Shown here: positions 19,055-27,902 of the stretch, one piece after another
Position numbering within the stretch: the stretch's first letter is position 1
Layout: each line of letters begins with the position of its first letter
DNA from: Bdellovibrionales bacterium
GTDB taxonomy: Bacteria > Bdellovibrionota > Bdellovibrionia > Bdellovibrionales > JAGQZY01
Assembly: GCA_964230645.1 (NCBI GenBank)
Contig: CAXRHT010000003.1
Coordinates: 224,001-288,000 of the forward strand
Reading direction: 5' to 3'
DNA: 64,000 nucleotides
Notes under the pieces: model-generated
What the model was told of the DNA's origin: nothing
The model's database searches: none
Seen by the model: the letters and a program-made list of their open reading frames with translations, nothing else
Translations under genes and position numbers: made by a program

Positions 19055-19228
19055 TTATTCAAAACTATTGATATCAGATCCAAGCTTAGTTACTTTTCCT
19101 TGGATAATTTCTTTGATTTGATTTTTAAAAAGCATCGCAATTGAAACAACCACAACGAGCATCAATATATATTCAGTCGCTCCCTGAGCCGATTCGTCTT
19201 GCCAAAGTTTTTTAAGAGTCTTTTTCAT
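19055..19228 (-). CDS. flp: Flp/Fap major pilin
   Basis: MKKTLKKLWQDESAQGATEYILML Flp motif; AAAGGGGGA RBS before ATG 19228. Confidence 0.88.
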   Translation of the reverse strand: MKKTLKKLWQDESAQGATEYILMLVVVVSIAMLFKNQIKEIIQGKVTKLGSDINSFE

Positions 19229-19267
19229 CGGGTCCCCCTTTTTTAGGTTCATTAGTTCTCTAGTCAA

Positions 19268-19295
19268 TTATCGGTCTAAAGACTGAGAAACATTA
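19268..19295 (-). promoter_or_regulatory. Putative sigma28-type promoter of the flp operon
   Basis: Minus strand TAATGTTT-N12-ACCGATAA, about 40 bp upstream of the flp ATG. Confidence 0.55.
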
Positions 19296-19387
19296 GACAA
19301 ACTATAGTCTAGAACCTTTCCCAAATCCTAAAACGATATGTTCTATTTTATCATATTTGGGAGAGTGAAATGGATTTCTCAATGTTC

Positions 19388-19406
19388 GTGTATCAACCTG
19401 ATACAC
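19388..19406. promoter_or_regulatory. Perfect palindromic operator-like site upstream of flp
   Basis: GTGTATCA-ACC-TGATACAC; related site GTGTCC-TTT-TGATAC at 19465-19479. Confidence 0.5.
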
Positions 19407-19503
19407 TCAGCCTGTTTATATTCTTTACTCTTGTTCAGTCTCCCAAAAGCTTGGAAAGACGAGGGTGTCCTTTTGATACAATGATCGATTGAAATCCAAA
19501 GAA

Positions 19504-20316
19504 TTAAAAGTTTTCAGACCGATTAAGTTTCCAATCATAATCGATGTAGTCGATATCATTTGTGCTCTTTACAGCCTTCAAGAGATTTTTATTTTTAATC
19601 GCCTTGTAAATAAATTTCCTCACGCTTCCAGAGGCCTCTTTGAAGTCGTCCCGATACCATTTAAAAAGATGGGTGAGATGTAGTTCTTTACCCTTTACTT
19701 CAAGATGACGGGGAGTGTGCATGGCTTTTTCTAAGTTTTCGTCCAAGGTTTTATCCAGAGTTTTCGCCTTGTAGACCTCTTTGATAAGAGGGGGGCAACC
19801 TACAGACGCGCAGTTAACAGCAAAATGCACGCGTGCATCTTTCCATCCTTTTTCTCTATATTCTGTTCCTAATAAGGTTTCTTTTTCAATTTGATCAAGG
19901 GAATAATTTTTCCCACCCACTTTGTTGATTTCTTTCTTAAAAACCTTGTATGGGTTAAAGAAAGAGCCAAAGTCTTTTACGCTGTCTATATTAAGTTTGT
20001 TTCCGTCAAAGCCTTCAGTAAGGATGATGTTGATCATAAAAAAATTGTAAGCATTAATCCAAAAGGCAAGAGCTTCGTTTTTGCTATCGAGGCTATCAAC
20101 TTTAAAATTTTGAAGTTCGGTAACTTGATTTTTGCGAAGCTTTTCTGTTTCCGGATTTTTCTTAGCTCCTTCGTAGTCAAAAGACGTTTCAAGTCCTCCG
20201 CCATTAAGTTCTTTTACAGAAAGGTGTTTATTTAAAATCTTTTGAAAGGGATCAAATGTTGTGCCAAGAGAATTGACCGACCAAAAGATTAAAGTGAAAA
20301 GTAAAAGAAACCGCAT
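19504..20316 (-). CDS. DUF547 domain exported protein
   Basis: LAFWINAYN, SLDQIE, DARVHFAVNCASVGCPPL, YDWKLN. Confidence 0.9.
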   Translation of the reverse strand: MRFLLLFTLIFWSVNSLGTTFDPFQKILNKHLSVKELNGGGLETSFDYEGAKKNPETEKLRKNQVTELQNFKVDSLDSKNEALAFWINAYNFFMINIILTEGFDGNKLNIDSVKDFGSFFNPYKVFKKEINKVGGKNYSLDQIEKETLLGTEYREKGWKDARVHFAVNCASVGCPPLIKEVYKAKTLDKTLDENLEKAMHTPRHLEVKGKELHLTHLFKWYRDDFKEASGSVRKFIYKAIKNKNLLKAVKSTNDIDYIDYDWKLNRSENF

Positions 20317-20333
20317 AGACTCCCCTGATTGAG

Positions 20334-21443
20334 TTAATTCTTATCGTAAGATGTTGGCTTGCAGTCCAACATTTTTTGTCGATATCGTTCCTGCCATTTT
20401 TGTTCTTTCTTTAATAAGCCTGAGGCGCGACGGAACTCTTGATGAAGGTGTTGAGAAACCTCACAATGTTTAACAAAAGCGTTTAGAGCCTCTCCGTATT
20501 TATTCAGTTCAAAAGCTGTTTTAGCTAAGCCAAGATAATCTCTTGCTTGGGCATCGGGATGTTGGCTAGCCTGTTTAAAGAAATTGTAAGCCTGACTAAT
20601 GTCTTTACTTTGATAATAGGAGTCAGCCGCTGCCCACAGCGCTTCTTCTGACGAAGAAAACTTTTTACCCACACTAGCAAGCATTCGCTTGCCTTTTTTT
20701 TCCTCACCTTGGTTCATATGGTTTTGCCCGAGATAGATATAGTTACTCGGGTTCTTAGGATCTTTTTTCATGGCCTCTGTGCAGGCCGTCTTAGTTCCAT
20801 CAGTATAACCAGCGAGGTAGTTTATTTTACAAAGCAAGGAGTAGTGTCTTGGTTCTAGGTTGACCTTATTGGCTTTCATATCTTCGAAAATTCTTAAAGC
20901 ATCGTGTGAGTAGTGAGGAAGGTAAATCTCAGCCATCTCCAACCATGAATCGTAAATGGCCACGGATTGCGGATGGGCCTCTTTAGCTCTCTTCAATGTC
21001 GAAAATAAACTGTCAATATAAGGCTTTTGCTTAGCTGGGGTTTCATAGGAATCTATGATTTCGGAGTAGATTTTGGCGGCTAATAAAAAATGCCTACTTT
21101 TTACTTTGTCATCACTTAATAAGATGTTTACTAAACCTTCGGAATCTCGAGCCCGTCTCAACTTGAGATAACTCTGGCTCAATTTATAAATATCGGAGTC
21201 TCCCAGCTTTTCCGCTATTGGGCCTAGGTATTTTGCTGTATTGAACCAATCTTCTTTGCCGTAGTAGTGGTGGGCAAGGAAGAGTCTTGAACGAACATTG
21301 GTTGGGTCTTTTGCCACATTAGCCTTTAAAGCCTTGATTTCACTATCTTTTAGAGGGCGACCAAGGCTAGCGGGTAGGTTTTGTGGTAGCGCAAAAGTAA
21401 CCAAAAATAGAATTATAAAAATCGTTCTAATTTGATTCATCAA
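20334..21443 (-). CDS. Exported TPR-repeat protein
   Basis: Signal peptide and multiple TPR-like helical repeats. Confidence 0.75.
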   Translation of the reverse strand: MMNQIRTIFIILFLVTFALPQNLPASLGRPLKDSEIKALKANVAKDPTNVRSRLFLAHHYYGKEDWFNTAKYLGPIAEKLGDSDIYKLSQSYLKLRRARDSEGLVNILLSDDKVKSRHFLLAAKIYSEIIDSYETPAKQKPYIDSLFSTLKRAKEAHPQSVAIYDSWLEMAEIYLPHYSHDALRIFEDMKANKVNLEPRHYSLLCKINYLAGYTDGTKTACTEAMKKDPKNPSNYIYLGQNHMNQGEEKKGKRMLASVGKKFSSSEEALWAAADSYYQSKDISQAYNFFKQASQHPDAQARDYLGLAKTAFELNKYGEALNAFVKHCEVSQHLHQEFRRASGLLKKEQKWQERYRQKMLDCKPTSYDKN

Positions 21444-21473
21444 ATAAAAATTCCTTCCGATAAGTAATCACCT

Positions 21474-22394
21474 ATGTATTTATCGGAAGGTTTTAAAAAA
21501 ATATTTGCTCAACTTAGGTCCAAAGCTGGTCAATCGGGTCAGGCGGTTCTGGAGTATATTCTTGTATTGGTCATTACCGTCTCAATCATACTCGGTATTA
21601 TGCACCAATTTAGTGATGCTTTTGGTGGTTTTTTAGATAAATACTTTGGGGATTATATTGCCTGTCTTCTAGAGACAGGGGAGCTACCCGCGTTAGGTGG
21701 GAGTGGCGCCAGTGAAGCCCTTTGCCAGTCTCCCATGCAGGACTTTGATATTTCAGCAGGTAAAGCTTTAGTCCAGTCAGGGAATAATGGTAGTGGCTCT
21801 AGTGGGGACGGTGGTGGTAGTGGAAACGACACTTCCTCATCAGGTTCTGATTCTGGGGGGTCGGATTCAGACTCGAGCGGCTCAAACAATAGAAACCTAA
21901 GACCCAATCGCGTAGGAAATGGTGCTGGCTCTTCTAACGCCGATGGCCTTTCCGCAAACGCGCAAAAGGGGCGTCCTGGTCAATTCAAGCAAAAGCTTAA
22001 TAGTGGAGGGCCGGGGCAGAATAAAAACAAAAATGTCGGCTTTGGTGAGAGTGGTGGTCAAATCGGCGGTCCCGGCGGAAAAACCTTTCGCAGCAAGCGT
22101 ATCATCATTCTTGGGGAGTCCTATCTTTCTGATGACGAAAAAAAGAAAAAGAAAATGGCAAGCTCCAGTGAGACCAAGGAAAAGAAAGGTAGTAATAGTG
22201 ATGTTTTGCGGACTCCTGTTCAAAAACTTGAGATCAAGAAAAGTCGTCATATAACCTCCGAGGACAACTCTAAAGGATTTAACTTTGGGTTCTTCATCAA
22301 GTTCCTGTTAATTGCTGGTATCATCATAGCCATCGTCATTTTCCTTGGCGGACAAGGGCTGCAAATTAAAAAAAGTTGGCAAAAATCAGAATAG
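21474..22394 (+). CDS. Pilin-like protein with Gly/Ser-rich linker and C-terminal membrane helix
   Basis: GQSG/QAVLEYILVL class III signal; low-complexity middle; C-terminal FLLIAGIIIAIVIFLGG. Confidence 0.7.
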   Translation: MYLSEGFKKIFAQLRSKAGQSGQAVLEYILVLVITVSIILGIMHQFSDAFGGFLDKYFGDYIACLLETGELPALGGSGASEALCQSPMQDFDISAGKALVQSGNNGSGSSGDGGGSGNDTSSSGSDSGGSDSDSSGSNNRNLRPNRVGNGAGSSNADGLSANAQKGRPGQFKQKLNSGGPGQNKNKNVGFGESGGQIGGPGGKTFRSKRIIILGESYLSDDEKKKKKMASSSETKEKKGSNSDVLRTPVQKLEIKKSRHITSEDNSKGFNFGFFIKFLLIAGIIIAIVIFLGGQGLQIKKSWQKSE

Positions 22395-22410
22395 ACGTTA
22401 AGACTTCTCT

Positions 22411-24012
22411 ATGCGTATTGCCTTAGCCCAAATGAATTCGTGCCTGGGAGACTTCCAAGCCAATCGTGATAAGATATTACAACTGGCCAGAGACGCGGCG
22501 GAAAAGCGTTGTGACCTCGTCGTGTTTCCAGAGCTTTCAACTTTGGGCTACCATCCCTTCGATTTAATGGAACGTCCCAGTGTTATTGAGCAACAAAAAA
22601 CCATTATTGATGACTTAACAAAAAATCTACCCAAAGAGATTCATTGTTTAGTTGGAGCTGTCACTCTCAACAATGGCAAAGGCAAACCCTATTTCAATTC
22701 GGCCCTCCTCATCCATGAAGGTGAAATCAAAAAAACTTTCAGCAAAGAGTTGTTACCTGTTTATGATGTATTTGATGACAGCCGCCACTTCTCGCCAGGA
22801 GACATGTCCCGTAATCACTTTGAGATCAATGGTAAGTCCGTTCAGGTTTTGATTTGTGAGGATATGTGGGGATGGGATGAGCTGCACGAGCGCAACCCTA
22901 TTTTAGAATTAAAACCAAGTAACATCGATTTTGTGGTCAACTTAAGCGCTTCTCCTTTTACTATGGACAAAAGGCAGCAACGCTTAAAGCATGCCCAGAG
23001 CACGGCTCATCTTTTGGAAGCCCCCTTAGCCTATGTTAATATGGTAGGGGCCCAAGACGAGCTTATTTATGATGGTGGGTCATTTGCCATTGATTCCAAA
23101 GGTGAGCTTCTTGCACAAAGTGCCTACTACGTTGAGGATCTCAACGTCATTGATTACAATGAGCGTGTCGGTGGACACAGAGAGATGCCACGGGATAATA
23201 CCGCTTTTCTTCATCAAGCTTTGGTCTTAGGAGTTCGAGATTTCATTCAAAAAATCGGAATGAAAAAAGCGCATATAGGTCTTAGTGGTGGAATCGATTC
23301 AGCACTAGTGGCTTGTTTGGTGGCCGATGCCATAGGTCCACAAAACCTTACAACCGTCGCGATGCCCACCCAGTTCAATCAACCGATGAGCTTAGAATTG
23401 GCTAAGAATCTTGCTAAAAACTTAGGTTGTCATTTTTACGAACTACCTATTCAAGAGAGTTATGAAACACTGGTAAAAACTTTCGAAACTTGTTTTGGTG
23501 CGAAAGAGTTTTCATTAATGAATGAAAACATGCAATCTCGCTTGCGCGGATTGTTTCTCATGGCATTTTCTAATAGAGAAGGCAGCCTCTTAATCAACAC
23601 GAGTAATAAAAGTGAATTTGCTGCTGGTTACTCGACGCTCTATGGAGATATGTGTGGTGGGCTTGCACCTATTGGTGATCTTTTAAAGCATCAAATCTAT
23701 GAGCTAAGTCGTTACTACAATAAGGAAAGAGAGTTAATTCCCGAAGGCATTATCCAACGCGAACCCAGTGCGGAGTTGAACTACGATCAAAAGGATTCAG
23801 ACTCACTTCCCGATTATGATGAACTCGATGAAGTGGTTGAGAAATTAGTCAACCGTCGCCAAAAAGCCGAAAATAAAACAGAAGAGTGGGTTCTTAATCG
23901 ACTCTATTGGTCTGAGTTTAAACGATGGCAGAGTCCACCCATTTTAAAGGTGTCTGATCACGCCTTCGGCCAAGGCCGTCGAATGCCGATCGCCCATAAG
24001 GCACGTTCCTGA
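22411..24012 (+). CDS. nadE: Glutamine-dependent NAD+ synthetase
   Basis: Nitrilase domain (FPEL, K, ICED) plus GLSGGIDS, NKSE, YSTLYGD and PSAEL. Confidence 0.96.
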   Translation: MRIALAQMNSCLGDFQANRDKILQLARDAAEKRCDLVVFPELSTLGYHPFDLMERPSVIEQQKTIIDDLTKNLPKEIHCLVGAVTLNNGKGKPYFNSALLIHEGEIKKTFSKELLPVYDVFDDSRHFSPGDMSRNHFEINGKSVQVLICEDMWGWDELHERNPILELKPSNIDFVVNLSASPFTMDKRQQRLKHAQSTAHLLEAPLAYVNMVGAQDELIYDGGSFAIDSKGELLAQSAYYVEDLNVIDYNERVGGHREMPRDNTAFLHQALVLGVRDFIQKIGMKKAHIGLSGGIDSALVACLVADAIGPQNLTTVAMPTQFNQPMSLELAKNLAKNLGCHFYELPIQESYETLVKTFETCFGAKEFSLMNENMQSRLRGLFLMAFSNREGSLLINTSNKSEFAAGYSTLYGDMCGGLAPIGDLLKHQIYELSRYYNKERELIPEGIIQREPSAELNYDQKDSDSLPDYDELDEVVEKLVNRRQKAENKTEEWVLNRLYWSEFKRWQSPPILKVSDHAFGQGRRMPIAHKARS

Positions 24013-24051
24013 AAACTCACGACTAAAATCAACATTTTGAGCAAATTGGCG

Positions 24052-24295
24052 TTCTATTGTCATTCCGAGCATTTTCTTTGTCTTCCTGAGTGTATTCTTT
24101 GTCATCCTGAGCGAATTCTTTGTCATTGTGAGTGTATTCTTTGTCATTCTGAGCGAAGCGAAGAATCTATAGCCACTGAGTTCACACGACAAATCAAAGT
24201 CCTCGGCAATAGATCCTTCGCTACGCTCAGGATGACTGGGAGGAATGAAAATTCGCTCAGGATGACTGGGAGGAATGACAATTCGCTCAGAATGA
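24052..24295. repeat. REP-like palindrome with tandemly amplified arms (5 x 21 bp left, about 2.5 x 30 bp right)
   Basis: TGTC cores at 24058, 24079, 24100, 24121, 24142; core arms 24142-24170 and 24209-24236; CGCTCAG units at 24224, 24254, 24284. Confidence 0.92.
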
Positions 24296-24299
24296 AAAA

Positions 24300-24584
24300 T
24301 TACTCGTAGGGAAGCTTGAATGAAAAATCTTTATTGGGCTCCATTTGGCAGGCCAATCTTTCTTCCGGTCCAAAGCCACGATCATCGGCCATTTCTTGTT
24401 CCAAATGATTTCTTTCTGGTAGCTCTTCTGTGGGACTGGTAATAATCACTCGGCAGGTTCCGCAACTCGCCATACCTTCACAAGAATGGGAAAGAGGGAT
24501 CTTGCTTCTCTTGCAGGCTTGGAGGAAGCTTTCCCCTTGTTTAATTTCTAAGCAAATGTCTTCTGTGACGTAGTGAGCTTTCAT
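24300..24584 (-). CDS. 2Fe-2S ferredoxin
   Basis: CEGMASCGTC...RLACQ. Confidence 0.92.
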   Translation of the reverse strand: MKAHYVTEDICLEIKQGESFLQACKRSKIPLSHSCEGMASCGTCRVIITSPTEELPERNHLEQEMADDRGFGPEERLACQMEPNKDFSFKLPYE

Positions 24585-24718
24585 AGGAATAAGTTATTTC
24601 AACAATTTAGAATGCCAAAGTCAAAAAACAAAGGGATTCTTGATTCCGTTTTGGATCAGTGGTTAAGATAGGAATCTATCGGTGGGCTGCTAGAGTGGGG
24701 CCTTTCAAGGGAGAGACC

Positions 24719-25333
24719 ATGGATTTTATTGCTTTTGACTTAGAAACTACAGGGACCGTGGCCGGAGTGGATCAAATAGTGGAAATTGGTGCGGTTCGCT
24801 ATCGAAATTATCAACCGGAAGGCACTTACTCTACTTTGGTGAATCCTCGCAAATCAATGCCTGAAGGAGCCACTGCAGTTAATGGCATCACTGATGATAT
24901 GTTAGTTGGTAAGCCGTTTATCGAAGATTTACTTGAATCATTTACGGAGTTTTGTGGGGACTTGCCTATTGTGGCTCATAACGCTCCTTTTGACTGTCAG
25001 TTTTTAAAATCCGATATTTTGAAGCACGAAATCCCCGGCCCTCGAGGTATAGTACTCGACACCCTTCCTATTTCTAGAAAAGTTTTCCCCGGTCTTGCGA
25101 ACTATAAGCTTGGAACCTTGATTCAACATTTGGATTTGCCAGCTGGACAATTTCATAGGGCTGAGGAAGATGCCTCTTATTGTGGAAACCTATTTATTGA
25201 AATTTTAAAGAAAATTTTCAACCCAGGAGAAGAGGTCGTAGTCGATAATTTGGTGGCTCTTACGGGACGGCCAGAATACCGTTTTCCCGTTGTTGAGAAA
25301 TCAGAGAAGCAACTCGAGCTGAGTCTTCTATAA
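24719..25333 (+). CDS. DEDDh 3'-5' exonuclease (DnaQ-like)
   Basis: FDLETTG, VAHNAPFD, HRAEEDA; C-terminal QLEL resembles a beta-clamp-binding motif. Confidence 0.9.
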   Translation: MDFIAFDLETTGTVAGVDQIVEIGAVRYRNYQPEGTYSTLVNPRKSMPEGATAVNGITDDMLVGKPFIEDLLESFTEFCGDLPIVAHNAPFDCQFLKSDILKHEIPGPRGIVLDTLPISRKVFPGLANYKLGTLIQHLDLPAGQFHRAEEDASYCGNLFIEILKKIFNPGEEVVVDNLVALTGRPEYRFPVVEKSEKQLELSLL

Positions 25334-25362
25334 GGCGAGTTTCAGTAAGTTCGCCTATTTAA

Positions 25363-26574
25363 TCACTCGGTCACGTAAAAGGGATTGCTATAAATCCATC
25401 CAAACCATTTTTCACGATCTGGAAGTGGGAGAAGGGGCTGAATCTTTACTTCCACTCGGTAAACACCGGGACTCTCGATTGTTGCAATTGTTTTTACCTT
25501 GTTAGAGCTAAAGAAGACTTGTCCGTCCTTTATAATATCCACCGTGAAAGGAACATTGAGTCCTTTGGGGAGGTCCACCTGAAGAGTGGCTCCAGGAGAT
25601 AAAGACACCTTTGTCCCCATGAGATGGCGGGCTCCGTTTTGTTTTATGTAAGCAGCAAAACCTTTCGGACTTCCCAAGCTATCGAAAGCAAAATAAAAAT
25701 GCCCACCTCTTAGAGCGTTGAAAATCTTTTTCCGATCCGACTGAACATGTCCGGTCAACTCTCCTTCTAGTAAAATATGATTTGAGGCAAACTGAAAAGA
25801 TTTTGCATAGCTAGGAAAGGTGAAGTTTAGGCCCAAAAATTTAAAGATTTTTGCTGTGGTTTCATTTCCCATAAAGCCAAGTGTTTTTGAATTTTGATTG
25901 AGCTGGTCCCATAGTTCCAACTCACGTTTTGGTTCTTTGATCAGTCTAAGAAGAGATATTTTTGGATTGAAGGGATAGGTAAAAATCGACCATATAAAAC
26001 TGGCTTTTTCTTTGAACCAAACATCCTGCCACACATGGCGTAGATTAATAACCTCGATCCCATCAAGACCAACCGGGTAAGCTCCTGTCCATTTATGGTG
26101 TTTTTTAAAGGGATGGGCCAGCACTGCGAGAAAATCTTTACTGGCATGGGGTGGTTCGGAAAAATGTTGATGGAGTCGTGCATTGGCATCACTAAGGCTA
26201 TTGAAATAAAAATCGGGATCTTGACTGTATATCAAGAGGTGAGAATCCAGATAGCTAATCTTTTGATTTGAAAAGGTAAACACATTGCCTTGGTAACCAA
26301 AAATTTTGTAGGGACGATCAAGGAGATTCAAATCTGTAAAAAATAAAAAACTAAGGTCCGCTTGAGCCGCCTCTAGGAGAATTTTGGGAGGGGCTAAGCT
26401 TCCCTTTGAGTAAGAGGTCACTACATGGGAAACACCATTGTAGTCATGAAAAATTTCATGCTCTTGACCCATCATTTTAGTATTAAAGATGCTGATATCA
26501 AAGGTCGCGAAATAGAAGCCAAAACTAAAATAGACAAGAATGATAAAACTTAGAAATAGAAAAAATTTTCTCAT
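25363..26574 (-). CDS. Membrane-anchored PHP-like protein
   Basis: N-terminal TM; GVSHV, FTD, LAHP, GIEVIN, C-terminal IYSNPFY; several metal ligands appear degenerate; ATG 26574 overlaps the upstream stop. Confidence 0.6.
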   Translation of the reverse strand: MRKFFLFLSFIILVYFSFGFYFATFDISIFNTKMMGQEHEIFHDYNGVSHVVTSYSKGSLAPPKILLEAAQADLSFLFFTDLNLLDRPYKIFGYQGNVFTFSNQKISYLDSHLLIYSQDPDFYFNSLSDANARLHQHFSEPPHASKDFLAVLAHPFKKHHKWTGAYPVGLDGIEVINLRHVWQDVWFKEKASFIWSIFTYPFNPKISLLRLIKEPKRELELWDQLNQNSKTLGFMGNETTAKIFKFLGLNFTFPSYAKSFQFASNHILLEGELTGHVQSDRKKIFNALRGGHFYFAFDSLGSPKGFAAYIKQNGARHLMGTKVSLSPGATLQVDLPKGLNVPFTVDIIKDGQVFFSSNKVKTIATIESPGVYRVEVKIQPLLPLPDREKWFGWIYSNPFYVTE

Positions 26575-27902
26575 CGTTTCTCCACACTCATGTATTTGAA
26601 TTTTGGTGAAATTGAAACCTCGTTGGTTTCTACATATCCGGGGAAAAGTTCGGAGAAGTTGGGGTTGCTCCAATCTTCTGTCAAAAATCTGAATTTTTCT
26701 GGGAATTCGTGACACTGATCAATAAAATGAAAATGATCAATTCGTCCTGATTTTGGAAGCTTACAGAAAAGTTGTCCTGTCTTGAAGGTGAGGAAAGCGG
26801 AAAGTTGGTAGCTGTATGTAAGATAGGTTTGGCTGAGATCGATTTGACCTAAGAGGGGTTCAAATTTTTGTGCTTCATAGAGGTTGAGGCGACTTATGGG
26901 GGCCGTTCGGCTAAATGGAATAGATGCTAGCGCTAGTCCTAAAAGCAGGAGCCACACACAAAGGCTTTGTTTGATCCAGCGAAAATCTTTTTGCTCGATG
27001 TGCTTAATGCAAAGAACATAAAGTGGGGGGAGGGCCATGATCACCCAGTTGGCCTCCACGCGTCCTTTGAAAGAAGAATAAAAGAAAAAAGCAAAAGGGA
27101 AAATAACGAAGGGGAAGAGAGGGTCTTTGATGCAGGCTTTGCTTTTCTTATAAACAAAATAGAGAAAAGGAGGGAAGATAATAAGAAGTTGAGTACCGAC
27201 ATACTCCAGAGGGAAGTACCATTTCCAATATTTACCGGCCATTCCATGTTTCCACTGAAAAGAAAAAGAGGCCCAGTCATGGGTGTAATTCCAGTAGAAA
27301 ACGGGCAGGCAAAGAAGGGTCGCCACAATCACACTGAAAAGAGCTTTTAAGTTTAGGAGCTTCTGAAAGGCTCTCTTTTGAAAAATAAGAATTAATAAAC
27401 AAGGAAGAAAAAGGACAATTTGGTATTTTGATAAAAATCCCAGTCCTAGTGCAGTCCCGAGCCCAAGATAATCGGAGAGTTTGCCATCTCTTAAGACTCT
27501 CATTGAGAATAGTGTTGCCAAAGACCAGAAGAAAACGAGGGGAATATCTGGGGTCGCTACGATCGCGCCCAAACCCCATAGAGGGTTCAAAAGAGCAATG
27601 GCAAGAAACCAAAACAAGGCTTTAGAGCTTACAAAAGCTCTCAAATACTGAATCCAAATCAAAAGAGTTAAATGACTAAACAGAATAAACGGCCACCGGA
27701 TGGCACCCTCTCCCAAGGTCTTTAGAGGTTGTGAAAGCATCATAATCCATCCCACCATCGGAGGGTGATCAAAGTAGCTTAGAGATAAATATTGTCCCCA
27801 AATAAAATAGTAGTACTCATCAAGAGTTACGGGAGTAATCCAGGCCAGAATCAATTTTAAAACAAAGCTGATGAAAAATAAATTTTTAAGACTGGGCTTC
27901 AC
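26571..27902 (-). CDS. Glycosyltransferase family 39 / ArnT-like polytopic membrane protein
   Basis: DEYYY..W, YFDHPPM, TPD and LSKY motifs. Confidence 0.88.
   Translation of the reverse strand: MKPSLKNLFFISFVLKLILAWITPVTLDEYYYFIWGQYLSLSYFDHPPMVGWIMMLSQPLKTLGEGAIRWPFILFSHLTLLIWIQYLRAFVSSKALFWFLAIALLNPLWGLGAIVATPDIPLVFFWSLATLFSMRVLRDGKLSDYLGLGTALGLGFLSKYQIVLFLPCLLILIFQKRAFQKLLNLKALFSVIVATLLCLPVFYWNYTHDWASFSFQWKHGMAGKYWKWYFPLEYVGTQLLIIFPPFLYFVYKKSKACIKDPLFPFVIFPFAFFFYSSFKGRVEANWVIMALPPLYVLCIKHIEQKDFRWIKQSLCVWLLLLGLALASIPFSRTAPISRLNLYEAQKFEPLLGQIDLSQTYLTYSYQLSAFLTFKTGQLFCKLPKSGRIDHFHFIDQCHEFPEKFRFLTEDWSNPNFSELFPGYVETNEVSISPKFKYMSVEKR

Noticed and set aside
24052..24295. Repeat ladders (also 14481-14607) as CRISPR arrays
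   Set aside because: Periods are only 20-30 bp, there are no unique spacers of about 30 bp, the units derive from palindrome arms and no cas genes are present
23944..24309. ORFs with LRMT and CHSE repeats
   Set aside because: Translations of the REP-like repeats; no RBS or coding signal
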